Part shown: positions 1 through 16,440 of the stretch, in pieces | Numbering within the stretch: the first letter of the stretch is position 1 | How the letters are laid out: each line of letters begins with the position of its first letter | Assembly: GCA_964016885.1 (NCBI GenBank) | Contig: OZ024740.1 | Coordinates: forward strand, 236,840,001-236,904,000 | Direction: 5' to 3' | Source of the DNA: Eledone cirrhosa | Taxonomy: Eukaryota | DNA length: 64,000 nt | The notes under the pieces: generated by a model | What the model was told of the DNA's origin: nothing | Databases searched by the model: none | The model's input: only the letters and a program-made list of their open reading frames with translations | Program-made: the position numbers and the translations under genes

Positions 1-3000
1 AGGTTAGACAGTTTGCCCATTAGAAAATGTCTGAGATATATGGAAAGTTACTCTTACGTGACATCAGTATAATGACAATGTTATCTTTCTATTACTCCTG
101 TAAAAATAAAAGCCATGACTATAAACTGATATTTTCCCTGAAACATAACTATATTGGTCCCATCAGCAAGCATAACTGTAGTTCTGGTTAAGATTGAAAT
201 GTGTTGCCAGCCAACAACATACAAAGGTTATTACAATTCAGAGTCGTTTAGATAAATAATTTTTCTATTATAATAACTTAAACACATCCACAATGCTTTT
301 ATTTAATCAACCCAGTGTTTTACTAATAATTTATTTTATTGATTCTTGAAAGCATGAAAAGCAAAGTTGAGTTAGGCAGAATTTGAACTTAGAACAAAAA
401 AGGTTGTAACTAAATACTGTAGGCATTTTGTGAAATACTAACAATTCAGCCAATCTACAAGATTGACATCATTAAAGGGAAAAATTTAATAGTTTGATTC
501 CATTATTTATTTTGCCACTGACTAACCGACAATCTTACTGATGCACATTTTATGATAAGAGAATCAGAGATGACTGTTAAGTAAAACTAAAGCCTTAAAA
601 AATGAATAATGAAAAGGTTCCTTGTTCTTGAACAAACCAATGAATTCTTGAATATATTTAGAAACAAACTGGCTGCAATACTGCAGAGACCAGATAAATT
701 ATTGTTGTGGACTTTATTTATTTAGTTATGAAAATTGAATGATGTGTGCTTGAGAAATGTTAATCAATGCACAGACCATATATTGCTGCTTAATGTTATT
801 TTTATTGATGATGTCTTGATTTGCTTGGCCTATATTCCTAATAATAAAAGAAGGCCCTGACAAGAATTAATATTTAAGCATAGTTGGGTCTCATGATTTA
901 AAGTTTCTTTGGGGGTTTTCTAACAGTCAGAATATGAAAACATTGCAAGTGAGAGATGTCAAACATCTCAACAGACCAAAATATTGCTTATGTAATAACT
1001 ATAGACACAGCCATGGCTGGTGTCAAAGATGTATAACCCTCAGTGAATCCAAGCTAATTAGCAGGAACCAGTAAAATAATATGGTCTACACACCTAAGTA
1101 GTAAGTAACATTGAAGAAAGATTTTATTTATAGCCCTGCAGGTCCCACATGAAATAAGTAGGATCTTGTAATCTTGCATCCTTTTACATGTGCAAATAAA
1201 CTGAATGAAACAGCAAATATATATTGAGGAGGATAGAAAAATGTCGGCCAATTTTATAAATATAGGTGAAGATAATGGGAGGGAGAAGTAAATTATTGAA
1301 AATAAACTAAGAGTCAATATATTGCATAACAAAAATGTGTGTAGTGTATGTATTATGTTTAGTGTAATTGTAGTAGATTATGTGTGATGTAGATAAAATT
1401 GTGGTAGAGTATAAGATGTTTAAAAGAACAGCACTAACATGGATGCAGTTGATAGGATAGGGCTGAGAAAGGATTTTGTTCATCTTTTAGCAACAGCAGG
1501 GCAATGAACCCTTGATTAGAGGTAATAAAACAAGGATTAGTAGAATTAAAAATCAGATATTAGGTAGAAATTAGTGAATTGTGGAAATAGTGTTAAAGAT
1601 GGCAAGGATGTGTTAATATAATATTATCACCAGGAAAGTTGATGCCAAATAGCAACATGTCTTCAGTATTAGAACTGAGTTGGGGTGTAATGTTTCTATT
1701 GCAGTACAAATGGGGCTCTTAACTTATAATGGAGTTGTCCAGTCACACAATATGACAAGGGCATTTGGAAACCGGGCAGAATCCATCTTTTTCCAGTTGA
1801 TTTCTTCCAGAGAAAGAGAGAATTGATCCCAGTACTTGTACTTTGCCTTTCACCCTTTTGAGGTCAATAAAGTTGACCTCAGTGGGATTTGAACTTAGAG
1901 TGCATTGAACAGGAATAAAAACCAAGGCATTGTTAATCCAATGCACTAACTCTGCCAATTCGATGTAAAGAAAACTCAGGTTTATTCATATACATCAATA
2001 TAATAGGATAGTACTTAGTAAACTTCACCTAATAGAGTCACCGCTTAATATAAATGTGTAACCAACAAGTCATTGTCATCAAAATCCACAAACTTCAGAA
2101 TAATGTTTTATCATAGTTAAGTTTTCATTTTGTTGTTGCCTTTGAAAATATATAAAACAAAAAAATGTTCCAATACCTTAAATCAGTATTAACATTATAA
2201 TTGGAGTTTGGAAGATGGGATATCTGATTTAGCCACTTCTTCAAATGACTGCAGGTTACCATGTGCACTAAAATTAATATCACAAAATATTTTATGCATA
2301 TAGCAGTTTGGTTCACAGCAACAACATGCTGACAATTTAGTAGAGTTCTTCAGTATAGAGCTAAAACCTAGATCTACGCTAATATTAAACTTTTCATTTA
2401 TTATTACTTATGTAATAAGTCATCTCTCTAGGTTATAGCTAGATATAGTGTCATTACATTTCTGTAAAATAAATTTTTGAACTATGTACAAAAAGGAAAA
2501 GCTGTGTTCCTAAGTGTATAATGAAAAAAATAATATATTGTCCAGTTTAACAGCACTGTTTGTCCTTCAGGTAACTCTCACAGAGAACAAGTTGTGGCAA
2601 ATGTTTTAGCTAGGTGTCTGGTCTGGTGATAACTTCTCTTATGACTGTCTCCAAGGTCTTAAAATAAGGGTCATAGGTGCTATCATTCCTCTTCTGACTA
2701 ATCCATAAAAATCCTTCAATTAATAATATACTAAAATCAAACTATTGACTTTGCTTGCTAAAAGTGTGAAGATGTGCAACCTAGTGGTTAACTCCTGATT
2801 GTACCAGATCAGGTGGTGTTTTGTGTCTTTAAACAAGATGCTTCATTTTACATTGCTCCAGTCTACTCAGCTGAAAAAATATTAGTACCACCAGCAATAG
2901 CAGCTGGGAATTAACCCCCATGACAAATTGGCATCTTGTACAGGGAAGAATCTTGTACTTTCTGTCACTCAACATTTTTAAACCTAGGATACACTACACA

Positions 3001-4491
3001 CAGTTGAATCTTTGGACTTAGGATAGACTAACCTTTTAACCTGTGAAGAATATGCATCTGTTTAAATGTGAAATGAAATTGTTGCTTGAACCTTTGTTGA
3101 CGCCCATTAAATGGAATCAAGACAGGGAGATGACAAGTTCAAGAGCAAAGGACTTAATAAAACTTTACAGAATTTGGTTTCATGCTCTGTGCATTGTAGA
3201 TTCAAATCTTGGGGTTAACTTTATTTCCCATTTAACGGGATTAGCAGTCAATGTAATAATTACTAGAGGTAATTCAATTAATTATACGCTCATACTAATA
3301 AAAAGAATCTGGTCTTGTGACTAATGTAAAATAATTCAATATGGTTAGACCAGACTAAGTAATGTAAAGATTGTCATATATTTTGTAAAACTTTTATAAG
3401 TGATGTATTTAGTTGGAGAGTGGTGTGGAATAGAAGGACTACACAACTACTGCTACAAGGTAAGTAGTTAGTAGTAATAATTGCAGTAGTATTAATGGTA
3501 GTAATAGTGCTGGCGGTATTAGTTGGAGAAGTTATATACTTCAGCTAGGCATAATGCCATCTCATGTAGGGGAGGATGTATAAATTGGTCAGGTACCTAT
3601 TCAAAACTACTACTCTCCTCACAACCCACAGCCACTACTATTGTTTACAGATCATGGAGTGTAGATAAAAAGCACAATACAAATCTCAGTGTGAATTGAA
3701 CTCAAAACAGTGAGGCATCAAAATAGATACAATAAGGCTTCTGATCTACCTTCTGTTCTCCACATCAACATACTGGTGTGGCATGTAAACAGAACATATC
3801 AATGAATGGAATAGAAATTATTTCAAGATTTAATGACCAGATCAGGAAACAAAATATTTGTAGTGGAAACAAGGAAGGTATCTGTTCTTTTAGTATGTTA
3901 CAACATGCAATAAAGCAGATAAGGAGGAGGAAAGGGGGCTGATGATAGACCTCTGTAAATATGAACTGTAGGAGATATTTACTGGATGTACACATCATTT
4001 TAGTAAAGTACAATCAATAAAATAGTATACATTAGCAGATACATATATATACATGAGAAGTCTAGTTATACTACATAGTGTATGTAGTATATATTAAACG
4101 GCAGTGACTGTTTGAAGATCTTGGGTATTAGGAGTGCTTCGGGATGATAATGGTGGTAGTAGTAGTAGTAGTAGTAATAATGATTTCTAATGTAGGCAAA
4201 AGGCCAGCAATTGACAGATACTTTATTTTATTGATCCTGAAAGGATGAAAAACTAAATTGACCTGTGATATTTGAACTTAAGTTCTAGAACAAATATGGT
4301 GAAGCATTTTTTCTGACACTACCAAATTGTACCACTCTACTGCAAGAGACTCAATACAGTGTGGTAAGATGTGGATATATTATGGTACAGTATAAGGTAG
4401 AAAGTGAAGTCAGTTAAAAGAACAGTAGACAGATGGATGCAGTCGAGAGGATAGACCTGACAAAGAACGTTGGTCATCTTTTAGCAATGAT

Positions 4492-4684
4492 AATAATTGT
4501 TTCTACTTTTGGCACAAGGCCAGCAATTACCCAGTGCATTACTGATACTTTATTTTATTGACCCAGTAAGGATGAAAAGCAAAGTTAACCTCGGCGGGAT
4601 TTGAACTCAGATCATAAAGAGACCTAACTCTATGCTTCAAAGCATGGTGTCCGACTCTCTACCGATACTGCCAATCCACCGCCC
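4492..4684 (-). mobile_element. tRNA-derived SINE family A, young full-length copy with 18-bp TSD
   Basis: A box TGGCAGTATCGG and B box GAGTTCAAATCC on minus; TSD tttagcaatgataataat at 4480-4497 and 4688-4705. Confidence 0.88.
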
Positions 4685-5062
4685 TAATTTAGCAATGATA
4701 ATAATGATATCTAATTCTGGCACAAGCCCAGGAATTTAAAGGGAGGAGAAGTCAATTAAATTGGCCCCAGTAGTTTATTCTATCAATCCTAAAAGAATGA
4801 AAAGTAATACCAGAATGTAAGAAGCATTTAATCATTGTTGAACAGAATATCTAACATTGGCACAGGAACCACAAATTTTAACAAGGTCTTAAAAGGACAG
4901 GAACTAAGCACTAAAGTCTACCCTGATCACACATGGTGGGAAAGAAGTACAGTTAATTAAAGTAACCAAGTATTTGTTTTAATGCAGGCAGAATAAAAAG
5001 CAACGTCAATCTCAGAATACAAAGGGACATAACTGCAACACGTTTAGTCTGAACAATAATAC

Positions 5063-5660
5063 TTGTTTCTATTTTAGGCACAAGGCCAGCAATTACCCAG
5101 TACATTACTGGTACTTTATTTTATCGACCCCGTAAGGATGAAAGGCAAAGTTAACCTCGGCGGGATTTGAACTCAGACTGTAAAGGGACGTAACTATGCT
5201 AGATTTCTAAATTTAGGTACAAGGCATTCAATTTCGGGAAGAATGGTAAAACAATTATATCTACCTTAGTAGGATGAAAGGTGAAGTTGTCCTCAGTAGG
5301 ATTTCAACTTCAAATAAAAGGTCAGAACAAATACTACCAAGCATTTGTCCAATGCTCTATTGATTCTTCCAATTCACTGCCCTTAGATTGAATGATAATA
5401 ATGGTGATAATAATAATAATATACTACTACTAATAATTGTTTCTACCATATGAACAATTTGTTTTATATGGATAATGCTGTAGATTAATCTAAAATTATT
5501 AATAATAATTGTTTCTACTTTTGGCACAAGGCCAGCAATTATCCCAGTTTATTACTGGTAAGGATGAAAGGCAAAGTTAACCTCGGCGGGATTTGAACTC
5601 AGTCTGTAAAGGGATGTAACTGTGCTGCAAAGCATGGCGCCCGACCCTCTGCCAATTCAC
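5063..5660 (-). mobile_element. cluster of partial SINE family A copies
   Basis: Repeated ggcacaaggccagcaatt and ggatgaaaggcaaagttaacctcggcgggatttgaactcag blocks separated by (AAT)n. Confidence 0.85.
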
Positions 5661-6703
5661 ATTAATAATAATGGTAATGACGATTTCTTATGTATGAAAT
5701 ATGAAATTTATAGGTTAATTTCCTGATAAAATCTTCCTTTTAAACATCTGGTTGGAGGAAGTGATCATCAAAGCAAATGTTTGCAAGAGTAGACTCCACG
5801 TCATTAAACAGATTAGATACATAAATTTTACAGCTGCAAGTGAGAATTGAAACCAAATTCCCAATTTTGAAGCTTTGAGAAACTATCTCTGTGTTATAGC
5901 ACAACTTACTATAAAAAGTTCTGAGCATAAAGACATTATCATAAACGTTGCTCAAGAGGAATGTGTTGACATTAGTGAAGTGATTAATTATATTATTAAT
6001 TCCTAAATTTCTCATTAACAATATATAATGAGGAATTGCACAAAAATGAAAAATCAATCTAACAAAGATCCAATGCCAGAATTCCAACGTGGCTGTTCGT
6101 TTTGCAAGAAATAGCAGCCAAATATTCTAATTACACTCCACAAAAATGCTAATGATACATTGGACAATCTGATCCTCTATATACAAAAAAGTAAGTTGGT
6201 CATGGTTGGAATATCTTTCTTCATATGGCTGTTCAATCAGGTCTCTCTCAAAGGTTAAACAACAAGGATGTTTATCTAATAATAAGTCTATATAACAATT
6301 TACATATAGAATGACTATTTTACTGGTTTCAGTAATTAGACTGCAATCATGCAGCAATTTGTTCTAAATTAATTTTCAGCTTGCATGGCACAGATGTTAA
6401 CTGAAAGAATCCGGTTTCAATTTGGGTCGTTTTCAGCCTTAGTGCAATCAGATGATCTCTTTTTCTCTCTTTCAGACTATATATCTAAGTAATAAAGTGA
6501 GTAGGCTAGTGGTGGTAGAAGTGACAGTGGTCTGTGTCGGCATGAATTGATAGGAAAATATAAAAAATATAACCAGGTGTATTGATTAACAAACAACAAC
6601 AGAGCCTGAAATATTCTTATCTCTTCTCCTCACATAGCTGATTTTATTTTTTGTCGATTTTTATGTATGTATATATGTGTGTGAGTGTGTGTGTGTGTGT
6701 ATT

Positions 6704-6743
<40 letters not shown>

Positions 6744-6867
6744 TATACATATTAATAAGAGGAATTCCAACTTTGTCTGATTTACTCGTTTTATTTACAA
6801 TCCTTTAAAATTTATAATGGTATTATAATGAAATAGTATGATAGAATATTAAATTCTAAGTGTTAAT

Positions 6868-6906
6868 TGAACAAGTACTTTCATGCTTTCGCAATCTTCA
6901 GGTTCA
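6868..6906 (-). ncRNA. mirror copy of the hammerhead motif in the left arm of element 1
   Basis: Exact reverse complement of 6980-7018. Confidence 0.7.
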
Positions 6907-6979
6907 TAATATGTGGTGACAGTCAAGTTTGCAATTTTCAACAGTTGAAAATTGCAAACTTGACTGTCACCACATATTA

Positions 6980-7018
6980 TGAACCTGAAGATTGCGAAAG
7001 CATGAAAGTACTTGTTCA
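6980..7018 (+). ncRNA. minimal type I hammerhead ribozyme motif (predicted cleavage after 7013)
   Basis: TGAAC-CTGAAGA-T TGC GAAA GCA T-GAAA-GTAC-TT-GTTCA: stem I TGAAC/GTTCA, core CUGANGA and GAAA, stem II TGC/GCA with a GNRA loop (U-U at its base), palindromic GUAC in place of helix III. Confidence 0.7.
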
Positions 7019-7224
7019 ATTAACACTTAGAATTTAATATTCTATCATACTATTTCATTATAATACCATTATAAATTTTAAAGGATTGTAAATAAAACGA
7101 GTAAATCAGACAAAGTTGGAATTCCTCTTATTAATATAATCTTGTATACACAATCATACACACCCGTGTATACTTATCTATCTATATATACATATATATA
7201 ATGCCTTTATGGTAAATAAAGAAA

Positions 7225-7455
7225 TATATATATACATATACATATATATATACATATACATATATATATACATATACATACATATACATATATATATACA
7301 TATACATACATATATATATATATATATACATATACATACATATATATATATACATATACATACATATATATACATATATATACATATATATACATATATA
7401 TACATATATATATATACATACATACATATATATACATACATACATATATATATAC

Positions 7456-7494
<39 letters not shown>

Positions 7495-7965
7495 CATATA
7501 TATACATACATACATATATATACATACATACATACATATACATACATACATATATATACATATATACATATATATACATATATACATTTATATATACATA
7601 TATATATACATATATACATTTATATATACATATATATATATACACATATATATACATATACATACATATATATATATATACACATATATATACATATACA
7701 TACATATATATATATATACACATATATATACATATACATACATATATATATATATACACATATATATACATATACATACATATATATATATATATACATA
7801 TACATACATATATATATATATACACATATACATACATATATATATATATACACATATATATACATATACATACATATACACATATATATACATATACATA
7901 CATATATATACATACATATACATATATATACATACATATACATATACATATATATACATATATAC

Positions 7966-7997
<32 letters not shown>

Positions 7998-7999
7998 AC

Positions 8000-8031
<32 letters not shown>

Positions 8032-8053
8032 ACACATACATATATATATATAC

Positions 8054-8085
<32 letters not shown>

Positions 8086-8249
8086 ACACATACATATATA
8101 TACATATATATATACATACATATATATACATACACATATATATATACACATACATATATATACATATATATATACATATATATATACATATATATATATA
8201 TACATATATACATATATATATATACATATATATATACATATATATATAC

Positions 8250-8314
<65 letters not shown>

Positions 8315-8384
8315 CACATATATATATATATACACATATATATACATATATATATATACACATATATATATATATATATACACA

Positions 8385-8420
<36 letters not shown>

Positions 8421-8615
8421 CACATATATATATATATATATACACATATATATATATATATATACACATATATATATATATATACACATATATATATATA
8501 CACATATATATATATATATACACATATATATATATACACATATATATATATATATACACATATATATATATATATACACATATATATATATACACATATA
8601 TATATATATATACAC

Positions 8616-8676
<61 letters not shown>

Positions 8677-8695
8677 TATATATATATATATACAC

Positions 8696-8728
<33 letters not shown>

Positions 8729-8743
8729 TATATATATATATAT

Positions 8744-8796
<53 letters not shown>

Positions 8797-8833
8797 TATA
8801 TATATATATATACACATATATATATATATATAT

Positions 8834-8872
<39 letters not shown>

Positions 8873-8889
8873 TATATATATATATACAC

Positions 8890-8922
<33 letters not shown>

Positions 8923-8957
8923 TATATATATATATACACATATATATATATATATAT

Positions 8958-9006
<49 letters not shown>

Positions 9007-9032
9007 TATATATATATATACATATACACACA

Positions 9033-9064
<32 letters not shown>

Positions 9065-9164
9065 CACATATATATATATATATATATATACATATACACA
9101 TATATATATATATATATATACATATACACACATATATATATATATATATACATATACACACATA

Positions 9165-9226
<62 letters not shown>

Positions 9227-9261
9227 CATATATACACATATATATATATATATATATATAC

Positions 9262-9294
<33 letters not shown>

Positions 9295-9337
9295 CATATA
9301 TATACATATATACATATATATATATATATACATATAT

Positions 9338-9374
<37 letters not shown>

Positions 9375-9375
9375 T

Positions 9376-9416
<41 letters not shown>

Positions 9417-9485
9417 TACACATATATATATATATATATATATACATATATACACATATATATATATATATATATATACATATAT

Positions 9486-9536
<51 letters not shown>

Positions 9537-9543
9537 CATATAT

Positions 9544-9596
<53 letters not shown>

Positions 9597-9613
9597 TATG
9601 TATATACATATAT

Positions 9614-9655
<42 letters not shown>
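7225..9655. repeat. degenerate (TA)n array of about 2.4 kb, interrupted by C (TATACA polarity on +)
   Basis: Seen directly; it produces the spurious IYIY ORFs in the track. Confidence 0.97.
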
Positions 9656-9659
<4 letters not shown>

Positions 9660-9794
9660 ATACTTTGGGAGGGTCATGTTGCCAATAAGAAACACACGCA
9701 CCAGTTGCATTCACTTCAATTTAATTTATTATATATTTATAAATTTCTGGTTGGTTGGTTGGTTCCACAACCAGATAGTTGTTTATATATATAT

Positions 9795-9839
9795 AGTCAT
9801 AGTTCTTTCGTCACACACTCTGTGACCTCTTCAGTGACT
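9795..9839 (-). ncRNA. mirror copy of the hammerhead motif in the left arm of element 2
   Basis: Reverse complement of 9945-9989. Confidence 0.8.
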
Positions 9840-9944
9840 GGGGATTTCTTTCTTCGTTTCTGTGCCTTTCCTTTCTTCTATCCTACGCCATTTTGGCGTA
9901 GGATAGAAGAAAGGAAAGGCACAGAAACGAAGAAAGAAATACCC

Positions 9945-9989
9945 AGTCACTGAAGAGGTCACAGAGTGTGTGACGAAAGAACTATGACT
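9945..9989 (+). ncRNA. minimal type I hammerhead ribozyme motif (predicted cleavage after 9984)
   Basis: AGTCA-CTGAAGA-G-GTCACA gagtg TGTGAC-GAAA-GAAC-TA-TGACT: 5-bp stem I, 6-bp stem II, one extra G after A9, minimal helix III, CUA cleavage triplet. Confidence 0.8.
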
Positions 9990-10188
9990 ATATATATATA
10001 AACAACTATCTGGTTGTGGAACCAACCAACCAACCAGAAATTTATAAATATATAATAAATTAAATTGAAGTGAAAGCAACTGGTGCGTGTGTTTCTTATT
10101 GGCAACATGACCCTCCCAAAGTATAACGATATCGGTTTCAACACACGGTTTCAGATAAAGAATCTTGCTAAACAAATTCAGAAACGAA

Positions 10189-13585
<3,397 letters not shown>

Positions 13586-15714
13586 TTTTTCAAGAAAAAT
13601 TATGTCGCATATCATATAATACAAAAATTAATTCTATAATTCAGTTTAAAGTATATATATATGATTACAGATCTTACGGTTGGTTTATGCTGTTACAACT
13701 CAAGTCCTAGATTTAGTGGGCCTCCAATGAGGCTGCATCTCATAGGAGTTGTTTTGGGATGTTTTAACAATAAAGGTTTCAGTTCTATTATATCCCCATT
13801 TTTCCATTTGATACAGTCTAAAATGCTGTTAGCATTGCTATTATGTCTATTTTTTTGCTACAGTCACTAGCAGGTCATTGAATTAATACAATTTTAGAAA
13901 AGATGATTCAACATGGTATAAATATAAAATATATATACATATCTATCAAAGGAAATGGGTTTATATAACCTGGACAAACTCTAAGATAGTTCACAAAGCT
14001 ACCAAGAGAATGTAATATTTAAGTTGCCAGATGCTGTTAGAACTAGAGTGTGTGAATGAGTGTGTGAGCGTGTATGTGTGTATGTAGACCAAGGAAGGCT
14101 AGTGAGGTCGCTGTGGTTGATGACAAGAGCAGGAGTGGGTTGGGTGTCCAGATGATTACAATTTTGGGGGAAAAGGATTGGGTAAAGAATTTAAACCGGG
14201 TTGACAAAGGGTGATACAAACAATAGTGTTGGTGACAAAAGGAAAGGTGGGTTTGTAACACAGCTACAATGACTGTGAATAAAAGGTATTTTTGTGTGTT
14301 CATACTAGTATCTGTGTTTGAGATAAAAAAAAAAAAAGTACTCAAAGACTCAAGAAACAAAACCATAGCCATAAGGTTTGATAGACAAACACAAGAATTG
14401 ATAAAATAAACTATGTAGGGTTCTTTAGGTTTCTCATAGGAAAACGTGAAAAATTATCCCAATAAACAAAAAGTTCCCTTGCAATTTTATGTCAGCAAAT
14501 TTCATACTTCAATCAAACATGGAGGAAGAATGATTATTAAATCCTGGGCTCTTTCGTGTCAAATAAACTTTAAGGAGTATCTGAATTCCTTGGCTAAAAC
14601 GGTTATACATCATTTGTTTGCTATTTGGTGTGGTTTGGCTAGTCTAATACAACTAAACCTCAATGGTGAATCAACCCAATATAGCATAATATACATATTT
14701 CTAAAAGTCCTACAATCTTTATATTTGTCCTGACAACAACAAACACAACAAAAATAAAGATTATAAACAATGTTTGTCAAAGAAAATACTTGAGTTTTTT
14801 TCTGTCTATTTCCATTTTACAGTTTAAAAGGTTTTCTACAAACCATATTTGACAAAATAGTTAGAACTCTTTGAAATATTTAAACCACTACTCATTACAC
14901 TGTTGTTTTCCTCAGTCAGCCATGCATTTGGTAGGTTTGTTCTATATATTTCAGCCAAGACAAATCAATATTTATAAACAATATTTCATTGCATAAGTAA
15001 AAGAAAAACACTACAGTTGTTTGCATCACAAATAGCACAAATGAAAATATTTGTTATGAGGATCTCCTGCTGATAACCTAATCAAAGTGCAGTTTAGGAG
15101 TGGTTAACTTTTTTGAGGGCTTGTGTCCACATTAGCAATAATCTTCTAGAAAAATTTCCTTGTGTACCTAAAGCAATTTTTAAGCAGCAGATTATCCTTT
15201 TTATTATATTTGTATTTTACAAATTGTTTTATGGAGAAAGAGTACAAAATGCTTCACGGCATTCTCAAAGAAGTCTGTTTAGTCTTTGATAACAATGTTA
15301 ATCACAGGCAATACCAGTAAACTCAGAGCTCAAAATAATACATATAGTGTCTCTTTGACAAGAGGTTCACTTATTACTAACAAACATTTTTTTAAAGTAG
15401 TGTGTCTCACTGAGCCATTATATCCACTTCTGAGATAACAGCTAAAAAATTATAGGCTGCCAATTCTTTTTCACTAAAAAAAATCATATCTCCTATGTGT
15501 CAGCTTGGGTATGCATGGCACAAGTTTGCCACCCTTCATATAGGCAATAGTCAGGAGATGCATTGCAAATATTTTCATCAGCAACAACATCATTATCAGG
15601 AAAGAGATGTAAAAATTGTCACATTTTCATAACAAGTTTTGTTGTAATAAGAGTTTTCAATATAGACACAAGTCCTAACAAATTGAAGAATGGATACTGT
15701 CAAATTATATCAAC

Positions 15715-16440
15715 CCCAGAAATTAACTGGTACTATTTTTCTTAATCAATCCTGGCAGGATGAAAAGCAAAGTCACCTTTGGTGGAATTTAAACTCTGAA
15801 TGTAAGGGAGACATGATTAAATACTGCAAGGTATTTTGTCCATTGGACTACTCCTTCAGCCAATCCACTGCCATAGTTATAGTGTTTCAACAAACAGTCC
15901 TACAGTAGTCAAACTCTGGACCTCTGGGTAGGCAGGAACAAGTGCTACCATTGTCATTATGAAAGTGTTCACTGCTGTAATAATAACAATAATAATAATA
16001 ATACTTCTAACATAGGCACAAGGCCTCACATTTTTAATTTTTTTAGGTGGGTGATTTAGTTGACTAAATCTTCCCCCTGTACTTGACTAGTACTTTATTT
16101 TATTGACCCTCCATAGGATAAAAGGCAAAATTAACCTCAACACAATGTAAAGGGCCATAACTAGATACCACAATGTATTTTGTCCAACACTCAAATGATT
16201 CTGCAATCCATCACTCAAACAATAATAATAATAATGGTTTCTGATTTAGGCACTAGGCCAGCAATTTTGGGGGAGGGGTAAGTTTATTAAATCAACCACA
16301 GTGCTCAATTAGTACTTTACTTTATCAAGCCTGGAAGGATGAATTTGACCTCTGTTAGATTTTGAAGTCAGAATGTAAAGAGCTAGAACAAATACTACAA
16401 TGGCATTTTATCTGACACCCTACCAATTCTGCCAATCCAA
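15715..16440 (-). mobile_element. three older SINE family A copies
   Basis: Diverged matches to the family A body separated by (AAT)n. Confidence 0.75.

Larger units (their letters stand above)
6749..7224. mobile_element. palindromic hammerhead-bearing element 1 (Penelope-like inverted pLTR relic): 194-bp arms, 1-nt spacer at 6943, one-sided tail 7138-7224
   Basis: 6749-6942 is the reverse complement of 6944-7137, with no mismatch seen by eye. Each arm has a hammerhead core; AATAAA at 7091-7096; (TA)n on both flanks. Confidence 0.75.
9652..10189. mobile_element. palindromic hammerhead-bearing element 2: arms of about 239 bp, TTT spacer 9891-9893, one-sided tail 10133-10189
   Basis: 9652-9890 is the reverse complement of 9894-10132 with about 3 mismatches (e.g. 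9843/9941). Each arm has a hammerhead core; AATAAA at 10054-10059; (TA)n arrays on both flanks. Confidence 0.78.

Noticed and set aside
9652-10132. Palindrome as a pure long-read fold-back artefact
   Set aside because: Disfavoured but not excluded: the arms carry mismatches, symmetry stops at defined points with a one-sided tail, and the same architecture recurs in an unrelated element.
15097-15537. Possible hAT MITE remnant
   Set aside because: TIR match is weak and no TSD is visible.
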